Source: Bryobacterales bacterium
GTDB taxonomy: Bacteria; Acidobacteriota; Terriglobia; Bryobacterales; UBA6623
Length of the DNA: 64,000 bases
Direction: 5' to 3'
Assembly: GCA_022823865.1 (NCBI GenBank)
Contig: JAJEHF010000002.1
Coordinates: 34,731 to 98,730 of the forward strand
Shown here: piece after piece, positions 9,664 to 18,972 of the stretch
Numbering within the stretch: position 1 is the first letter of the stretch
Layout of the letters: the number at the start of each line of letters is the position of its first letter
Notes under the pieces: generated by a model
Seen by the model: only the letters and a program-made list of their open reading frames with translations
Databases searched by the model: none
What the model was told of the DNA's origin: nothing
Translations under genes and position numbers: made by a program

Positions 9664-10677
9664 TTGAGCAAGGCATCGATCGTCGTCAGCCAAGGCATCC
9701 AAACCCTGTGCGGCACGCGGGACGAGAACCTCCGCCTGCTGGAGAGCTCGCTGGGAGTCTCGGCCCACATCTCTGCTGGGAGCCTTGAGATCGAAGGCGA
9801 CGAGCAGCAGGTCCGCCGAGCGGACGACATTATCGCGGACTACCTGACGCTGCTGGGCGAGGGCCACCGCTTCAGCAACGGGGACATGCGCTCGTTCCTG
9901 CGCGTGGCTATCGCGGATCCCGATATCAGCTTCAAGGGGCTGGTGCAGAACAGTCGGCGGCGTCTGTGCGGCCGCAAGTCCGTCACGCCGCGCAGTCTCA
10001 ACCAACTGCGCTACTTCGAGGCAATGGATCGCTCGGACATGGTCTTCGGCATCGGCCCGGCCGGCACCGGAAAGACCTACCTGGCCGTGGCCTACGCGAT
10101 CTCCGCGCTGCTGGCCAAGGACGTGCGCCGCATCGTCCTCGCCCGCCCCGCAGTGGAGGCCGGCGAGAGGCTGGGCTTCCTGCCCGGCACGCTGCAGCAG
10201 AAGGTGGATCCCTACTTGCGCCCGCTGTATGACGCCCTGCATGACCTGCTCGAGGCCGAAAGGGTCGAGCGCAACCTCGCGAGCGGCATCATCGAAGTGG
10301 CGCCGCTGGCGTTCATGCGTGGCCGCTCGCTGAATGAGAGCTTCATCATCCTGGACGAAGCCCAGAACGCCACCGCCGAGCAGATGAAGATGTTCATCAC
10401 GCGGCTGGGCTTCGGCTCCAAGGCCGCGATCACGGGTGACATCACCCAGATCGATCTGCCCCCCGGCAAGCGCAGCGGACTGATCGAGGCGATCGACGTG
10501 CTCGCGGACGTGAAGGGGGTCAAGTTCGTCCACTTCGACGAACAGGATGTCGTGCGGCACGGCTTGGTGCAGCGCATCATCCGCGCCTACGACCGCTATG
10601 GCTCCAAGCGATGGCACTCGGCGGCCGCGGCGCCGGACCGGGCCGCGGAGTACGTGCCCGGCCATGATCGAGACTGA
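9664..10677 (+). CDS. phoH: PhoH-like ATPase (YbeZ)
   Basis: Walker A GPAGTGKTYLAV, plus ARPAVEAGERLGFLPG and ILDEAQN. The start is TTG at 9664. Confidence 0.92.
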   Translation: MSKASIVVSQGIQTLCGTRDENLRLLESSLGVSAHISAGSLEIEGDEQQVRRADDIIADYLTLLGEGHRFSNGDMRSFLRVAIADPDISFKGLVQNSRRRLCGRKSVTPRSLNQLRYFEAMDRSDMVFGIGPAGTGKTYLAVAYAISALLAKDVRRIVLARPAVEAGERLGFLPGTLQQKVDPYLRPLYDALHDLLEAERVERNLASGIIEVAPLAFMRGRSLNESFIILDEAQNATAEQMKMFITRLGFGSKAAITGDITQIDLPPGKRSGLIEAIDVLADVKGVKFVHFDEQDVVRHGLVQRIIRAYDRYGSKRWHSAAAAPDRAAEYVPGHDRD

Positions 10678-11149
10678 CGAACAGTCGGAACTCGAAGGCT
10701 GGAGCTACGAGAACCGCCAGTGGAAGATACAGTTCGACGAGGACAGCGTACGGGCCTTCATCTCGCTCGCGTGGAAAGACTTGGCGAGTGAGTGGGGCTT
10801 CGGCGTAGTCGTCTCCAACGACCGCACCGTGCGGGACGCCAATCGAAGGTTCCGCGACATCGCTCGCGCCACGGACGTTCTGTCGTTCCCCGCTGGGGAC
10901 GGGATGCCCTACACTCGCAGGGACGGATACATCGGGGACTTGCTCATTTCCGCCCAGAGAGCGGCCCGGCAGGCGACGCAGTACAAGCACTCGGTAGCGG
11001 ACGAGATCAAGATCCTTGTGCTTCACGGCCTGCTCCACCTGTTGGGATTCGACCACGAGCTCGACGGCGGCGAGATGCGAGAATTCGAAACGGTGCTGCG
11101 GCGCAAGTACGGGCTGTCTGAGGGATTGATCGAGCGGGAGAGCCATTGA
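10664..11149 (+). CDS. ybeY: rRNA maturation endoribonuclease YbeY
   Basis: ATG 10664 inside ORF 10547..11149. Zinc motif HGLLHLLGFDHE. It overlaps the phoH stop by 14 nt. Confidence 0.92.
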   Translation: MIETDEQSELEGWSYENRQWKIQFDEDSVRAFISLAWKDLASEWGFGVVVSNDRTVRDANRRFRDIARATDVLSFPAGDGMPYTRRDGYIGDLLISAQRAARQATQYKHSVADEIKILVLHGLLHLLGFDHELDGGEMREFETVLRRKYGLSEGLIERESH

Positions 11150-11214
11150 TCTCGAAGGATCCGCTCCAGGAGGCAGCGCGGACGCGCATTCCCGCTCGAG
11201 CCGGCCAGCAGCAT

Positions 11215-12129
11215 ATGTCGGAGCCAAGCATGACGAAGGCGGGGTTTGTCACGATTCTCGGAAAGCCCAACGTCGGAAAGTCCACCTTGCTCAATGCCTT
11301 GGTCGGTAGCAAAGTCTCGATCACCAGCCGGCGCGCCCAGACGACGCGGGACGCCATCCAAGGCGTGCTCAGCGAGGCGCGCGGGCAGATCGTCTTCGTG
11401 GACAGCCCCGGGATCCATGAGCCGTCGAAGCAGCTCGGCAAGCGCATGATGCGCGAAGTCAGCCGCGCCACGCAGGGCTGTCATGCAGCCCTGCTGATGG
11501 TGGACGCCAGCATGGGCATCAATCCGTCTGACGAGAGGGCCCTAGACGTTGCCAAGCGGCTCGGAGCACCACTGCTGCTATTGGCCAACAAGGTGGACAA
11601 GCTGGATCGGATGCAGGAATTGCTGCCGTTTCTCGACCGCTGCCGCCAACTTCACGACTTCGAAGAATTCATACCGATCTCAGCCACTAAGCGCATCAAC
11701 TTGGACCAAGTGCTGACCGCGCTGTTCAAGACACTGCCGGAGTCCCCGCAGTTCTATCCGGAGGGGTACCTCACCGACCAGCCGCAGAAATTCCTCGCGG
11801 CGGAACTGATCCGGGAGCGGATTCTGCGCGAGACGCACGACGAGCTGCCCCACGCGGTCGCGGTGCAAATCGAGCGCTGGGAAGAGACCCCGCGCAAGCT
11901 CCTCATCTTCGCCACGGCAGTGGTCGAGCGACAAGGGCAAAAGGCTATCCTGCTGGGCAAGAATGGTGAGAAAATGAAGGAACTCGCAAGCAGGGCGCGA
12001 CAGTCACTCGAGGCCTCCTTCGACCGCAGCGTGCGCTTGGAAGTGTTCGTCAAGGTGCGCAAGAACTGGCGAAACAACGATGGATTCGTGCAAGATCTCG
12101 ATTTCCGCCGCATCCTCGGACAAGGTTAG
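11215..12129 (+). CDS. era: GTPase Era
   Basis: G1 motif GKPNVGKSTLLN, plus DSPG and NKVD, with a C-terminal KH region. ATG 11215 was chosen. The alternative TTG 11146 overlaps the ybeY stop (TTGA). Confidence 0.92.
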   Translation: MSEPSMTKAGFVTILGKPNVGKSTLLNALVGSKVSITSRRAQTTRDAIQGVLSEARGQIVFVDSPGIHEPSKQLGKRMMREVSRATQGCHAALLMVDASMGINPSDERALDVAKRLGAPLLLLANKVDKLDRMQELLPFLDRCRQLHDFEEFIPISATKRINLDQVLTALFKTLPESPQFYPEGYLTDQPQKFLAAELIRERILRETHDELPHAVAVQIERWEETPRKLLIFATAVVERQGQKAILLGKNGEKMKELASRARQSLEASFDRSVRLEVFVKVRKNWRNNDGFVQDLDFRRILGQG

Positions 12130-12143
12130 GGAAGTCTAGCGTC

Positions 12144-12422
12144 ATGAGGCTTACGAGACGCAGCCTGTTCTGGATCGCTCCTGTGGCGGCGAGCGTGGCA
12201 TCCGCGCAAGCGGTGGACGACGACCTGCTGTATGACCGCGTGCACAGAAAGCTGAACAATCACCCGGCGCTCAGGATCCGGGACTTGGTCGTGGACGTCA
12301 CCGATGGGGTCGTCACTATCGACGGCGTGATCCGTTCGGATGCCGCCAAGCGCCGCGCCACCAAGGTCGCCTCGATCAAGGGCGTCACGAAGGTTGTCAA
12401 CAATCTGGTCGTGAGCGCCTGA
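12144..12422 (+). CDS. BON domain protein, secreted
   Basis: 92 aa with signal MRLTRRSLFWIAPVAASVASAQA, followed by a single BON-like domain (VTDGVVTIDGVIRSDAAKRRATKVASIKGVTKVVNNLVV). Confidence 0.8.
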   Translation: MRLTRRSLFWIAPVAASVASAQAVDDDLLYDRVHRKLNNHPALRIRDLVVDVTDGVVTIDGVIRSDAAKRRATKVASIKGVTKVVNNLVVSA

Positions 12423-12688
12423 GCAGGCTCCAGCCGCCAGTACCGGATCTGTCCGCGATGCCCGCGGGCTGAGTCCGGGAACCGGCCCGATGAGACCGGC
12501 ATTGACCGCGGGCTCGGGCGGAATCCCTTGGCAAGTCGCATCCTCTGAGACTGCTTCGATCTGCGGCTCGACCCGTCACAGCACCCGGCCTGCCGACGCT
12601 TGCGATGTCCGAGGGCCCAGATTGCAGCGCAGTAGGGATTGAAGAGAGGCAGGTCCTCGAATACGCAGCCAGCTTTTCGGGCCGCAGC

Positions 12689-12717
12689 GTACTACAGGCG
12701 TAGTACACTTGTAGCAC
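12689..12717 (+). promoter_or_regulatory. candidate operator of the RHH antitoxin operon
   Basis: Perfect inverted repeat GTACTAC-aggc-GTAGTAC (12689-12706) plus a third half-site, GTAGCAC (12711-12717), abutting ATG 12718. Confidence 0.5.
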
Positions 12718-12948
12718 ATGAGTGCCACGATCACTGTCCGCGCCAGTGCTGAGTTGCGCGAGGCGCTCAAGGCGCATGCAGCCAGCTTGGGGCAATCTCT
12801 ATCTGAATTCGTCCGCGACACCCTGGAGAACGCCGTTTCAGAGCGCTCAATTGGCGATCGCGCGGCTCACGTTGCGGGAAAGCTCGCACCGGCAGATTGG
12901 CAGGATGATTGGCATCGCGAACTGCGGGAGCGGAATTGGAGAAGCTGA
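12718..12948 (+). CDS. ribbon-helix-helix (CopG/VapB-like) antitoxin
   Basis: 76 aa. The N-terminus MSATITVRASAELREALKAHAASLGQSLSEFVRDTL shows the strand-helix-helix pattern. It overlaps the downstream PIN gene. Confidence 0.75.
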   Translation: MSATITVRASAELREALKAHAASLGQSLSEFVRDTLENAVSERSIGDRAAHVAGKLAPADWQDDWHRELRERNWRS

Positions 12949-13367
12949 GATCGCTGCTGCTCGACACGGGACCGGCTGTAGCATTCCTTGATGGCGCGGA
13001 CCCCGAGCATCACTGGGTCACCCGTGAATTGTCCGCCTTCAACGGCCAGCTCCACACGACAGTGGCCGTTGTCACCGAGGTAATGCACTTCGTGGCTCCG
13101 AGACGTGGAGGGCCCGCGCTCTTCGCGGAGTTCCTGCGCTCCACCAAGACTGTCGTGCATGGCTGGTCGAGCTCCAAGCAGATCAGCCAAACCGTCGCGC
13201 TGATGGAGCAGTACCGGGATTCTCGGATGGACTACGCTGACGCCACACTTCTGGTGCTGGCGGAGCAGGTCTCGGTATTCGAAATCCTGACCTTGGATCG
13301 TCGGGGATTCTCCTTCGTTCGGACTCCTGGCGGTCGGCCGCTGCAGATCGTGCGATCCGTAGCGTGA
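12936..13367 (+). CDS. PIN-domain toxin (VapC-like)
   Basis: Acidic PIN residues are in place: LLLDTGPAVAFL, VVTEVMHF, DYADATLLVLAE, LTLDRRGF. The TTG 12936 start follows GGGAGCGG; the alternative is TTG 12909. Confidence 0.75.
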   Translation: MEKLRSLLLDTGPAVAFLDGADPEHHWVTRELSAFNGQLHTTVAVVTEVMHFVAPRRGGPALFAEFLRSTKTVVHGWSSSKQISQTVALMEQYRDSRMDYADATLLVLAEQVSVFEILTLDRRGFSFVRTPGGRPLQIVRSVA

Positions 13368-13491
13368 GTGGAGTGCTCTCGCGGCCTGCTCGTGGGGCGG
13401 AACCCGAGCCCAGCCCACGCTCGGCGGCATGCTAGCGCTGGCGTAGAAGCCCGGGCGGTTCGGATTAGAATGAATCGCTGGTTGGAATTGG

Positions 13492-15117
13492 ATGTTTGTG
13501 ATGAGATCAGGCTCTGGCGTATACTGCAGCGCTCTCGCGCTAGCCGTCTTGGCGGGCTGCGGGCCGCAGCCCGCAACTGAAGACGCGACTCCGTACGAGA
13601 TCGTCTTCACCGGAGCGGTCGACGCCGACCTTGCGACGATTGACGAGGCGATCGCTGCCGGACCGTTCGCGGCCGACTGGAATTCGTTGGCCAGCAACGG
13701 TGTCGCGGACTGGTACCGAGACGCCAAGCTCGGGATCTTCGTCCACTGGGGCGTCTACTCCGTCCCTGCGTTCGGACACGAGTGGTACCCGCGGCGCATG
13801 TACCTCGATGAGCTCGACAGGCGCCGGAACGTGAACTTCTTCGAGCATCATCGGAATACCTGGGGCCCCCACAAGACCTTCGGCTACAAGGACTTCATTC
13901 CGATGTTCAAGGCCGAGAACTATGACCCGGAAGCCTGGGCGGCGCTCTTCGAGGAAGCGGGAGCCCGCTACGTCGTGCCGGTCGGCGAACACCACGACGG
14001 CTTTCCGCTCTACGCCTCGAGCTACACCAAGTGGGACGCTTCCGAAATGGGGCCCAAACGCGACGTCATCGCGGACTTGGAGAAGGCAGTCCGCGCCCGC
14101 GGGATGAAATTCGGGATCAGCAGCCATCGCGCCTTCAACTACGGCTACTACCCCCGCGACGAATCCTACGACACCGTCGACGAGGAGGGCTTCGGCCTCT
14201 ACGGCAAGCCTCGCGCAGACCTCGAATTCACCGAGGGGCGGAACTTCGAATGGTTTCCGCAGAGCGAGGAGTTCCGTGACGACTGGCTGGGGCGAACCGC
14301 TGAAATGGCGGAGAAATTCAAGGCTGACTTGGTCTGGTTCGACTTCGGCATCGGCCCTAGGCAGCACGTCCCGACAGCGGACGTGAATCCCTATGCGCCC
14401 CACCTGAAGCGTTTCGCGGCCTACTACTACAACCGCGCCCGGGCCTGGGGCAAGACGGGCGTTGTGAACTACAAGTTCGAGGCGATGCCCGAGAACGTCG
14501 CCGTGCTCGACCTCGAGCGGGCGCGGCTTGCCGGCATGCGCGACCTCTTCTGGCAGACCGACACTTCGGTCGGCTTCACTTCGTGGGGCTACGTGACGAA
14601 TCACCGCTACAAGGACGTGCGCCTGATCTTGACCGAGTTCGTCGACATCGTTTCGAAGAACGGCTGCCTCCTGCTCAACGTCGGTCCCAGAGCCGACGGC
14701 ACGATTCCCGCGAAAGAGGCCGAGATGTTGCGGGAAATCGGTGCCTGGCTCCAGGTCAACGGGGAAGCCATCTACGGCTCCCGCCCGTGGAAGATCTATG
14801 GCGAAGGACCGACCGAGACGGTCGAAGGGCATCTCAGCGAAGAGCGGAACAGGCAGATGGGGCCGGAGGACATTCGATTCACCACCAACGGCGACGCTCT
14901 CTACGCGACCGCGCTTGGCCTGGCCGAGCGGGAGTGGACGATTGAGTCGCTGCGGGCGGGGTCCGACCACCTCGCGGGGCGAACCGTTTCCGGAGTTCGC
15001 CTTCTGGGCCATGACGGAGACCTGGAGTGGTCGCAACGATCTGGCGCGCTGGCGATCCGCAACCCCGGACCAAGCCTCGCCAAGCACGCCTATGTGTTTG
15101 AAATAGCTCTGGAATAG
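13492..15117 (+). CDS. alpha-L-fucosidase (GH29), lipoprotein
   Basis: Lipobox LAGC. GH29 N-terminal signature WYRDAKLGIFVHWGVYSVPAFGHEWYPRRMY and the catalytic-region motifs that follow it. Confidence 0.88.
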   Translation: MFVMRSGSGVYCSALALAVLAGCGPQPATEDATPYEIVFTGAVDADLATIDEAIAAGPFAADWNSLASNGVADWYRDAKLGIFVHWGVYSVPAFGHEWYPRRMYLDELDRRRNVNFFEHHRNTWGPHKTFGYKDFIPMFKAENYDPEAWAALFEEAGARYVVPVGEHHDGFPLYASSYTKWDASEMGPKRDVIADLEKAVRARGMKFGISSHRAFNYGYYPRDESYDTVDEEGFGLYGKPRADLEFTEGRNFEWFPQSEEFRDDWLGRTAEMAEKFKADLVWFDFGIGPRQHVPTADVNPYAPHLKRFAAYYYNRARAWGKTGVVNYKFEAMPENVAVLDLERARLAGMRDLFWQTDTSVGFTSWGYVTNHRYKDVRLILTEFVDIVSKNGCLLLNVGPRADGTIPAKEAEMLREIGAWLQVNGEAIYGSRPWKIYGEGPTETVEGHLSEERNRQMGPEDIRFTTNGDALYATALGLAEREWTIESLRAGSDHLAGRTVSGVRLLGHDGDLEWSQRSGALAIRNPGPSLAKHAYVFEIALE

Positions 15118-15341
15118 AGTGCCGCGAGCACTGTGACACGGCAAATCGCGTCGCTGATCTCGCAATCACCTGAACTCGTCCGAGCAAGCAGACTTCAGTC
15201 CCCGTCCGCCGGAGATCGACGCGGAGCCCGGCAGGCGCTCCTTTCGGTCACCCCTGCCCCAAAGAGTCGAGTGACAAATCGCTTGCTGCGAGAGCGCTCC
15301 AAGGCCGCTTTCGGATCTGCTCCTGCTTGCACTCGAGGAAG

Positions 15342-15517
15342 CACCCGGCACCCCAGATCCGGGACTTGCTAGCGGAAGTCATCGATCGGGTCGTCACTGT
15401 CGATTGCGAGGTTCTTTCGGATGACGCCAGACCCCGCACCATGGAGCTCCCCTCGGTCAGGGGGTCCAAGAGGTTGTCAACCACTTGCTCGTGAGCGCCA
15501 GCGCAGGATCCAGCTGA
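15342..15517 (+). pseudogene. frameshifted paralogue of the BON-domain gene
   Basis: 15357-15499 aligns to 12276-12419 with 109/144 identities by hand, using one 1-nt gap in the G-run at 15460-15464. It translates as HPAPQIRDLLAEVIDRVVTVDCEVLSDDA..., then shifts frame to ...VQEVVNHLLVSA. No intact N-terminus or signal peptide was found upstream. Confidence 0.55.
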
Positions 15518-15582
15518 CCGTACCGAGTCCGTCCGCGGAAAGGCTGGCCGCAGAGTTGGAACGATCGCTGCGGACCGGACAG

Positions 15583-17718
15583 CTACAAGCGTGCCCGGTC
15601 CCAAGCGCCGAAAGTGCTGCCCTGCCCTGCCAGCTCTTCCAGTAGGGGCGCGGGGCGCCACCAGTGACCGTGAGCCGCGTGAAACTCTTTCACGCGCTCC
15701 AACACACTGGCCAAGCCCACCGTGTCGGCGTAGAACATCGGACCGCCCCGCTGCGGCGGAAAGCCGTAGCCATACAGGTAGATGATGTCGATGTCCGACG
15801 AACGCAGGGCGTAGCCCTCCTCGAGGATGCGGGCGCCTTCATTGACCAGGGCGTAAACGAGGCGGTCGCGGATCTCGTTATCGTCGACGTCACGCTGCTC
15901 AATACCCTCCTCGGCGGCGATGCGCTGCAGCACGGCATCGACCTCGGGATCCTCGTTACGGCTGCGGTCCTCGCCATAGCGGTACCAGCCCGCACCGGTC
16001 TTTTGGCCGTAGCGACCGAGCTCGCAGAGTGCATCCTCGGCCAATGGCCGCCGGGTGCCGGGCGGATATAGATGCGGCGCTTCCTTGCGCACGCGCATGC
16101 CGACATCCAGACCGGCTAGATCTCCCACCGCCATCGGGCCCATCGCGGCCCCGAACTCGTACATGATGCTGTCGATGCGGGACGGCTTGGCACCCTCCTC
16201 GGCTAGGAACTGGGCTTCGCGCCGGTAGGGATGGAACATGCGGTTGCCCACGAAGCCGTGGCAGTTGCCAACGAGCACGCCGACCTTCCGCAAGGTGCGG
16301 GCCAAGGCCATCGAAGTGGCGACCACATCCTTGGCGGTCTCCCGGCCTCGCACGATTTCCAGCAACCGCATGACGTTGGCCGGGCTGAAGAAGTGGTGCC
16401 CGATGACGTCCTGCGGACGCGAGGTAACAGAGGCGATCTCGTCCACGCTCAGAGTGGAAGTGTTGGTGGCGAGCACGGCCCCGCTGCGCGCAACGCCATC
16501 GATCTGCTGGAAGACCTCCTTCTTCAGAGCCATGTTCTCGAAGACGGCCTCCACGACGATGTCGGCCCCTTCGAAGCCCTCCCAGCCTGTCTGGGCCGTG
16601 ATCAGAGCCAAGCGCTGCTCGGCAAACTCGGGCGTGAAGCGCCCGCGCTTGACAGAGCGCTCGTAGTTCTTGCGGATCGTCGCCATGCCCTTGTCGAGCG
16701 CCTGTTGGGTGACTTCCTTGATGCGCACGGGAATTCCGGCGTTGGCGTAGGACATCGCGATGCCGCCGCCCATGGTCCCCGCACCAAGCACGGCGGCGGA
16801 ACGGATCGGTCGTGTCGGCGTCTGCTTGGGGACGTCGGGAATCTTGCGCACCTGCCGCTCGGAAAAGAACGCATGGATGAGCGCCTTCGATTGCGTCGAG
16901 AACAGGCACTCCTGAAAGATCTCGGCCTCGCGCTTGATGCCATCGGCGAACGGCAGGGTCACCGCGCACTGCACGGCGTCGATGGCCTTCAGCGGCGCCA
17001 TCTGGCCCCTGCGGATCCTGCGCACCTTGGTCCTGGCAGCGTCGCAGATGGCGGCCGCCGCTTCCGGCGTGCCCAAGCGCTCGTCGCGCTCGCTCGCCTT
17101 GGGGTGCGGCCCCCCGCCCGCGGCGATCCCCGCCGCAAACTCGACCGCGCCAGCCAGCAATTCCTCGTAGCCGCTGCCTTCAATCACTCGGTCGACGATG
17201 CCGTGGTCAAAGGCGTCGGCGGCCGAGATCGGATCGCCAAGCGCGCACATCTCCACAGCCTTCTCCACCCCCGCCAGCCGCGGCAACCGCTGGGTACCGT
17301 GAGCACCCGGGATGATGCCGAGCTTGACCTCCGGCTGCCCGACCTGGGCCGACGCCAAAGCCACCCGGTAATGGCACCCCTGGGCCGTCTCCAAGCCGCC
17401 GCCGAACGCGGTCCCGTGGATCGCCGCGACGGTCGGCTTGGGGGAGTTCTCAAGCCGCTCGATGACGGTTGTCAGGCCCGGCCCGCTCCTCTTCTGCCCA
17501 GATGTGATCTTGCCGAACTCCTTGATGTCCGCCCCTGCGATGAAGGTGCGCCCGCCTCCGATCAGGACGATGGCATTGACGCTGTCGTCTTCGCCGAACT
17601 GCCCGACACCAGCCAGGATGCCGTCCGGAACACCGGGGCTGAGAGCGTTCACGGGGGGATTGTCGACCGTGATGACGCCGACGCCGCCCTCGACACTCAA
17701 ACGGACCAAGTTCGACAT
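15583..17718 (-). CDS. fatty-acid oxidation multifunctional enzyme (enoyl-CoA hydratase / 3-hydroxyacyl-CoA dehydrogenase, FadJ/FadB type)
   Basis: 711 aa. N-terminal crotonase fold ([20 protein letters not shown]), then the NAD-binding [15 protein letters not shown] and 3HCDH C-terminal domains. Confidence 0.92.
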   Translation of the reverse strand: MSNLVRLSVEGGVGVITVDNPPVNALSPGVPDGILAGVGQFGEDDSVNAIVLIGGGRTFIAGADIKEFGKITSGQKRSGPGLTTVIERLENSPKPTVAAIHGTAFGGGLETAQGCHYRVALASAQVGQPEVKLGIIPGAHGTQRLPRLAGVEKAVEMCALGDPISAADAFDHGIVDRVIEGSGYEELLAGAVEFAAGIAAGGGPHPKASERDERLGTPEAAAAICDAARTKVRRIRRGQMAPLKAIDAVQCAVTLPFADGIKREAEIFQECLFSTQSKALIHAFFSERQVRKIPDVPKQTPTRPIRSAAVLGAGTMGGGIAMSYANAGIPVRIKEVTQQALDKGMATIRKNYERSVKRGRFTPEFAEQRLALITAQTGWEGFEGADIVVEAVFENMALKKEVFQQIDGVARSGAVLATNTSTLSVDEIASVTSRPQDVIGHHFFSPANVMRLLEIVRGRETAKDVVATSMALARTLRKVGVLVGNCHGFVGNRMFHPYRREAQFLAEEGAKPSRIDSIMYEFGAAMGPMAVGDLAGLDVGMRVRKEAPHLYPPGTRRPLAEDALCELGRYGQKTGAGWYRYGEDRSRNEDPEVDAVLQRIAAEEGIEQRDVDDNEIRDRLVYALVNEGARILEEGYALRSSDIDIIYLYGYGFPPQRGGPMFYADTVGLASVLERVKEFHAAHGHWWRPAPLLEELAGQGSTFGAWDRARL

Positions 17719-17816
17719 GAATTCCTCCTAGGGCTCGGGGCAGGAACACTCCGAGCCAATCAAGTTCTATAGCGTAGCCAAGCCAGCGGTGCCGCAATCG
17801 CCAGAAGTGTGCCGGC

Positions 17817-18629
17817 CTAACCGCCCGATGCCGCAAGCCCCTCGATGTCGACCCGGATCTCGTCCCACGGTGGCAGGCTCTGCAGGCTGCCCATGGCGGC
17901 CAGCGCCACGTCAACCTCCTTGCCGCCGTGAGGCGGCAAGGGGTCGCTGATCACCACTTCGAACGTCGCCAGCGGCGGGGCCTGCTGACTCGCCTCCCGC
18001 ACTCGAAGGAGCACTTGGACCGCTACCGACTGCGCCTCTCTGGAATGATTCGCCACGAAGGCCCGCACATGCGTCTGGAAGTCGTCGTCATAGTACGGCC
18101 GAATGCCCGAGATCTCGATCGGCCCGCGCACGCCGATCGCGAACGTTTCGACAGGCGACACGGCCATTTCGGCCGGATCTTCCAAGCGGAGCGCCGAGAA
18201 CAAACCGCCAGGCCCGGCAGACACCACGACCGCGACGCAGACGGCCAGCGCCACCGCGGCGCCGAACACGAGCAAGTGTTTGGTCTGGAGTTCGAAGGCT
18301 CCGCGCGGACGGCTCGCGGGCTGCGCGGCGGAAGCCTGCACCGGCTCAGCGGGAGTCTGCACCGGCTCGGCAGGAGTCTGAACCGGCTCGGCAGGAGTCT
18401 GAGTCGGCTCGGCAGCGACCGGTACCGCCGGATCGGGGGCCGGCTGCGGATCAGGGCGCGCCGGTGCCTCGGCCGGGGGCGCTTGCACAGGCTGTGTCTC
18501 GTCCCTCGGCGGCCCGGGGCTGTGCCGCGTGGCAGGCTCGGGCGCGGCGCCTCGCGCCGCACAGTGCGGACATGTGACTTCGGCTACATCGACGCTGCCG
18601 CCGCATTTCGGACAGACCCAGGTGAACAT
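17817..18629 (-). CDS. hypothetical membrane protein: zinc-ribbon, Pro-rich repeat linker, one TM, extracytoplasmic domain
   Basis: ATG 18629 inside ORF 17817..18668 gives MFTWVCPKCGG...CPHC (CxxC-x12-CxxC). Then come AEPVQTP repeats, the TM segment LLVFGAAVALAVCVAVVV and a ~130-aa C-terminal domain. Confidence 0.65.
   Translation of the reverse strand: MFTWVCPKCGGSVDVAEVTCPHCAARGAAPEPATRHSPGPPRDETQPVQAPPAEAPARPDPQPAPDPAVPVAAEPTQTPAEPVQTPAEPVQTPAEPVQASAAQPASRPRGAFELQTKHLLVFGAAVALAVCVAVVVSAGPGGLFSALRLEDPAEMAVSPVETFAIGVRGPIEISGIRPYYDDDFQTHVRAFVANHSREAQSVAVQVLLRVREASQQAPPLATFEVVISDPLPPHGGKEVDVALAAMGSLQSLPPWDEIRVDIEGLAASGG
18337..18420. repeat. four tandem 21-bp coding repeats
   Basis: ctgcaccggctcagcgggagt / ctgcaccggctcggcaggagt / ctgaaccggctcggcaggagt / ctgagtcggctcggcagcgac. 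They encode AEP(V/T)QTP heptads on the minus strand. Confidence 0.9.
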
Positions 18630-18972
18630 GCCTCTTCCATTGTGCAGCAATGCCTGTCCGGGAGGCACGGCGACCTGCGGCAGATCGAACGCAGTTCTGC
18701 CGGTCCAAGGCGCGGAAAACGACCTTGATATAGGGACTCATGACTTATATCGAGGAGTCGCGAGTCCTGTGACATACTGAAATCAAATGCAGCCAGCAGC
18801 AACATTGATGCGGTTTGCCTGTATTCCGGTGGCTGGGGCTCTTGCCGCCGAAGCGCTAACGTGGGCCGCTGGGCCGCGCGTTGCTTCAGAACCGTGTCGA
18901 GTAGTGGTTCGCCACTAGTCGATATAGGTCCCACATAACTCGATTCGGGCTCGGTCCGCAAATCTCCAGCCA

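Noticed and set aside
13540-15165. 541-aa minus-strand ORF exactly mirroring the fucosidase gene. Similar long antisense ORFs occur at 3559..4692, 16231..17772, 25305..26294, 35944..37353, 55492..56532, 58299..58922 and 62455..63738.
   Set aside because: These are typical shadow ORFs of GC-rich DNA. Their translations are Arg/Ala/Gly/Pro-rich with no motifs, while the opposite strand encodes clearly recognisable proteins.
18337-18420. Regularly spaced 21-bp repeats (also at 54520-54666) that could superficially suggest a CRISPR-like array.
   Set aside because: The units are contiguous with no spacers, lie inside ORFs and keep the reading frame. They are coding heptad repeats, and no cas genes are nearby.
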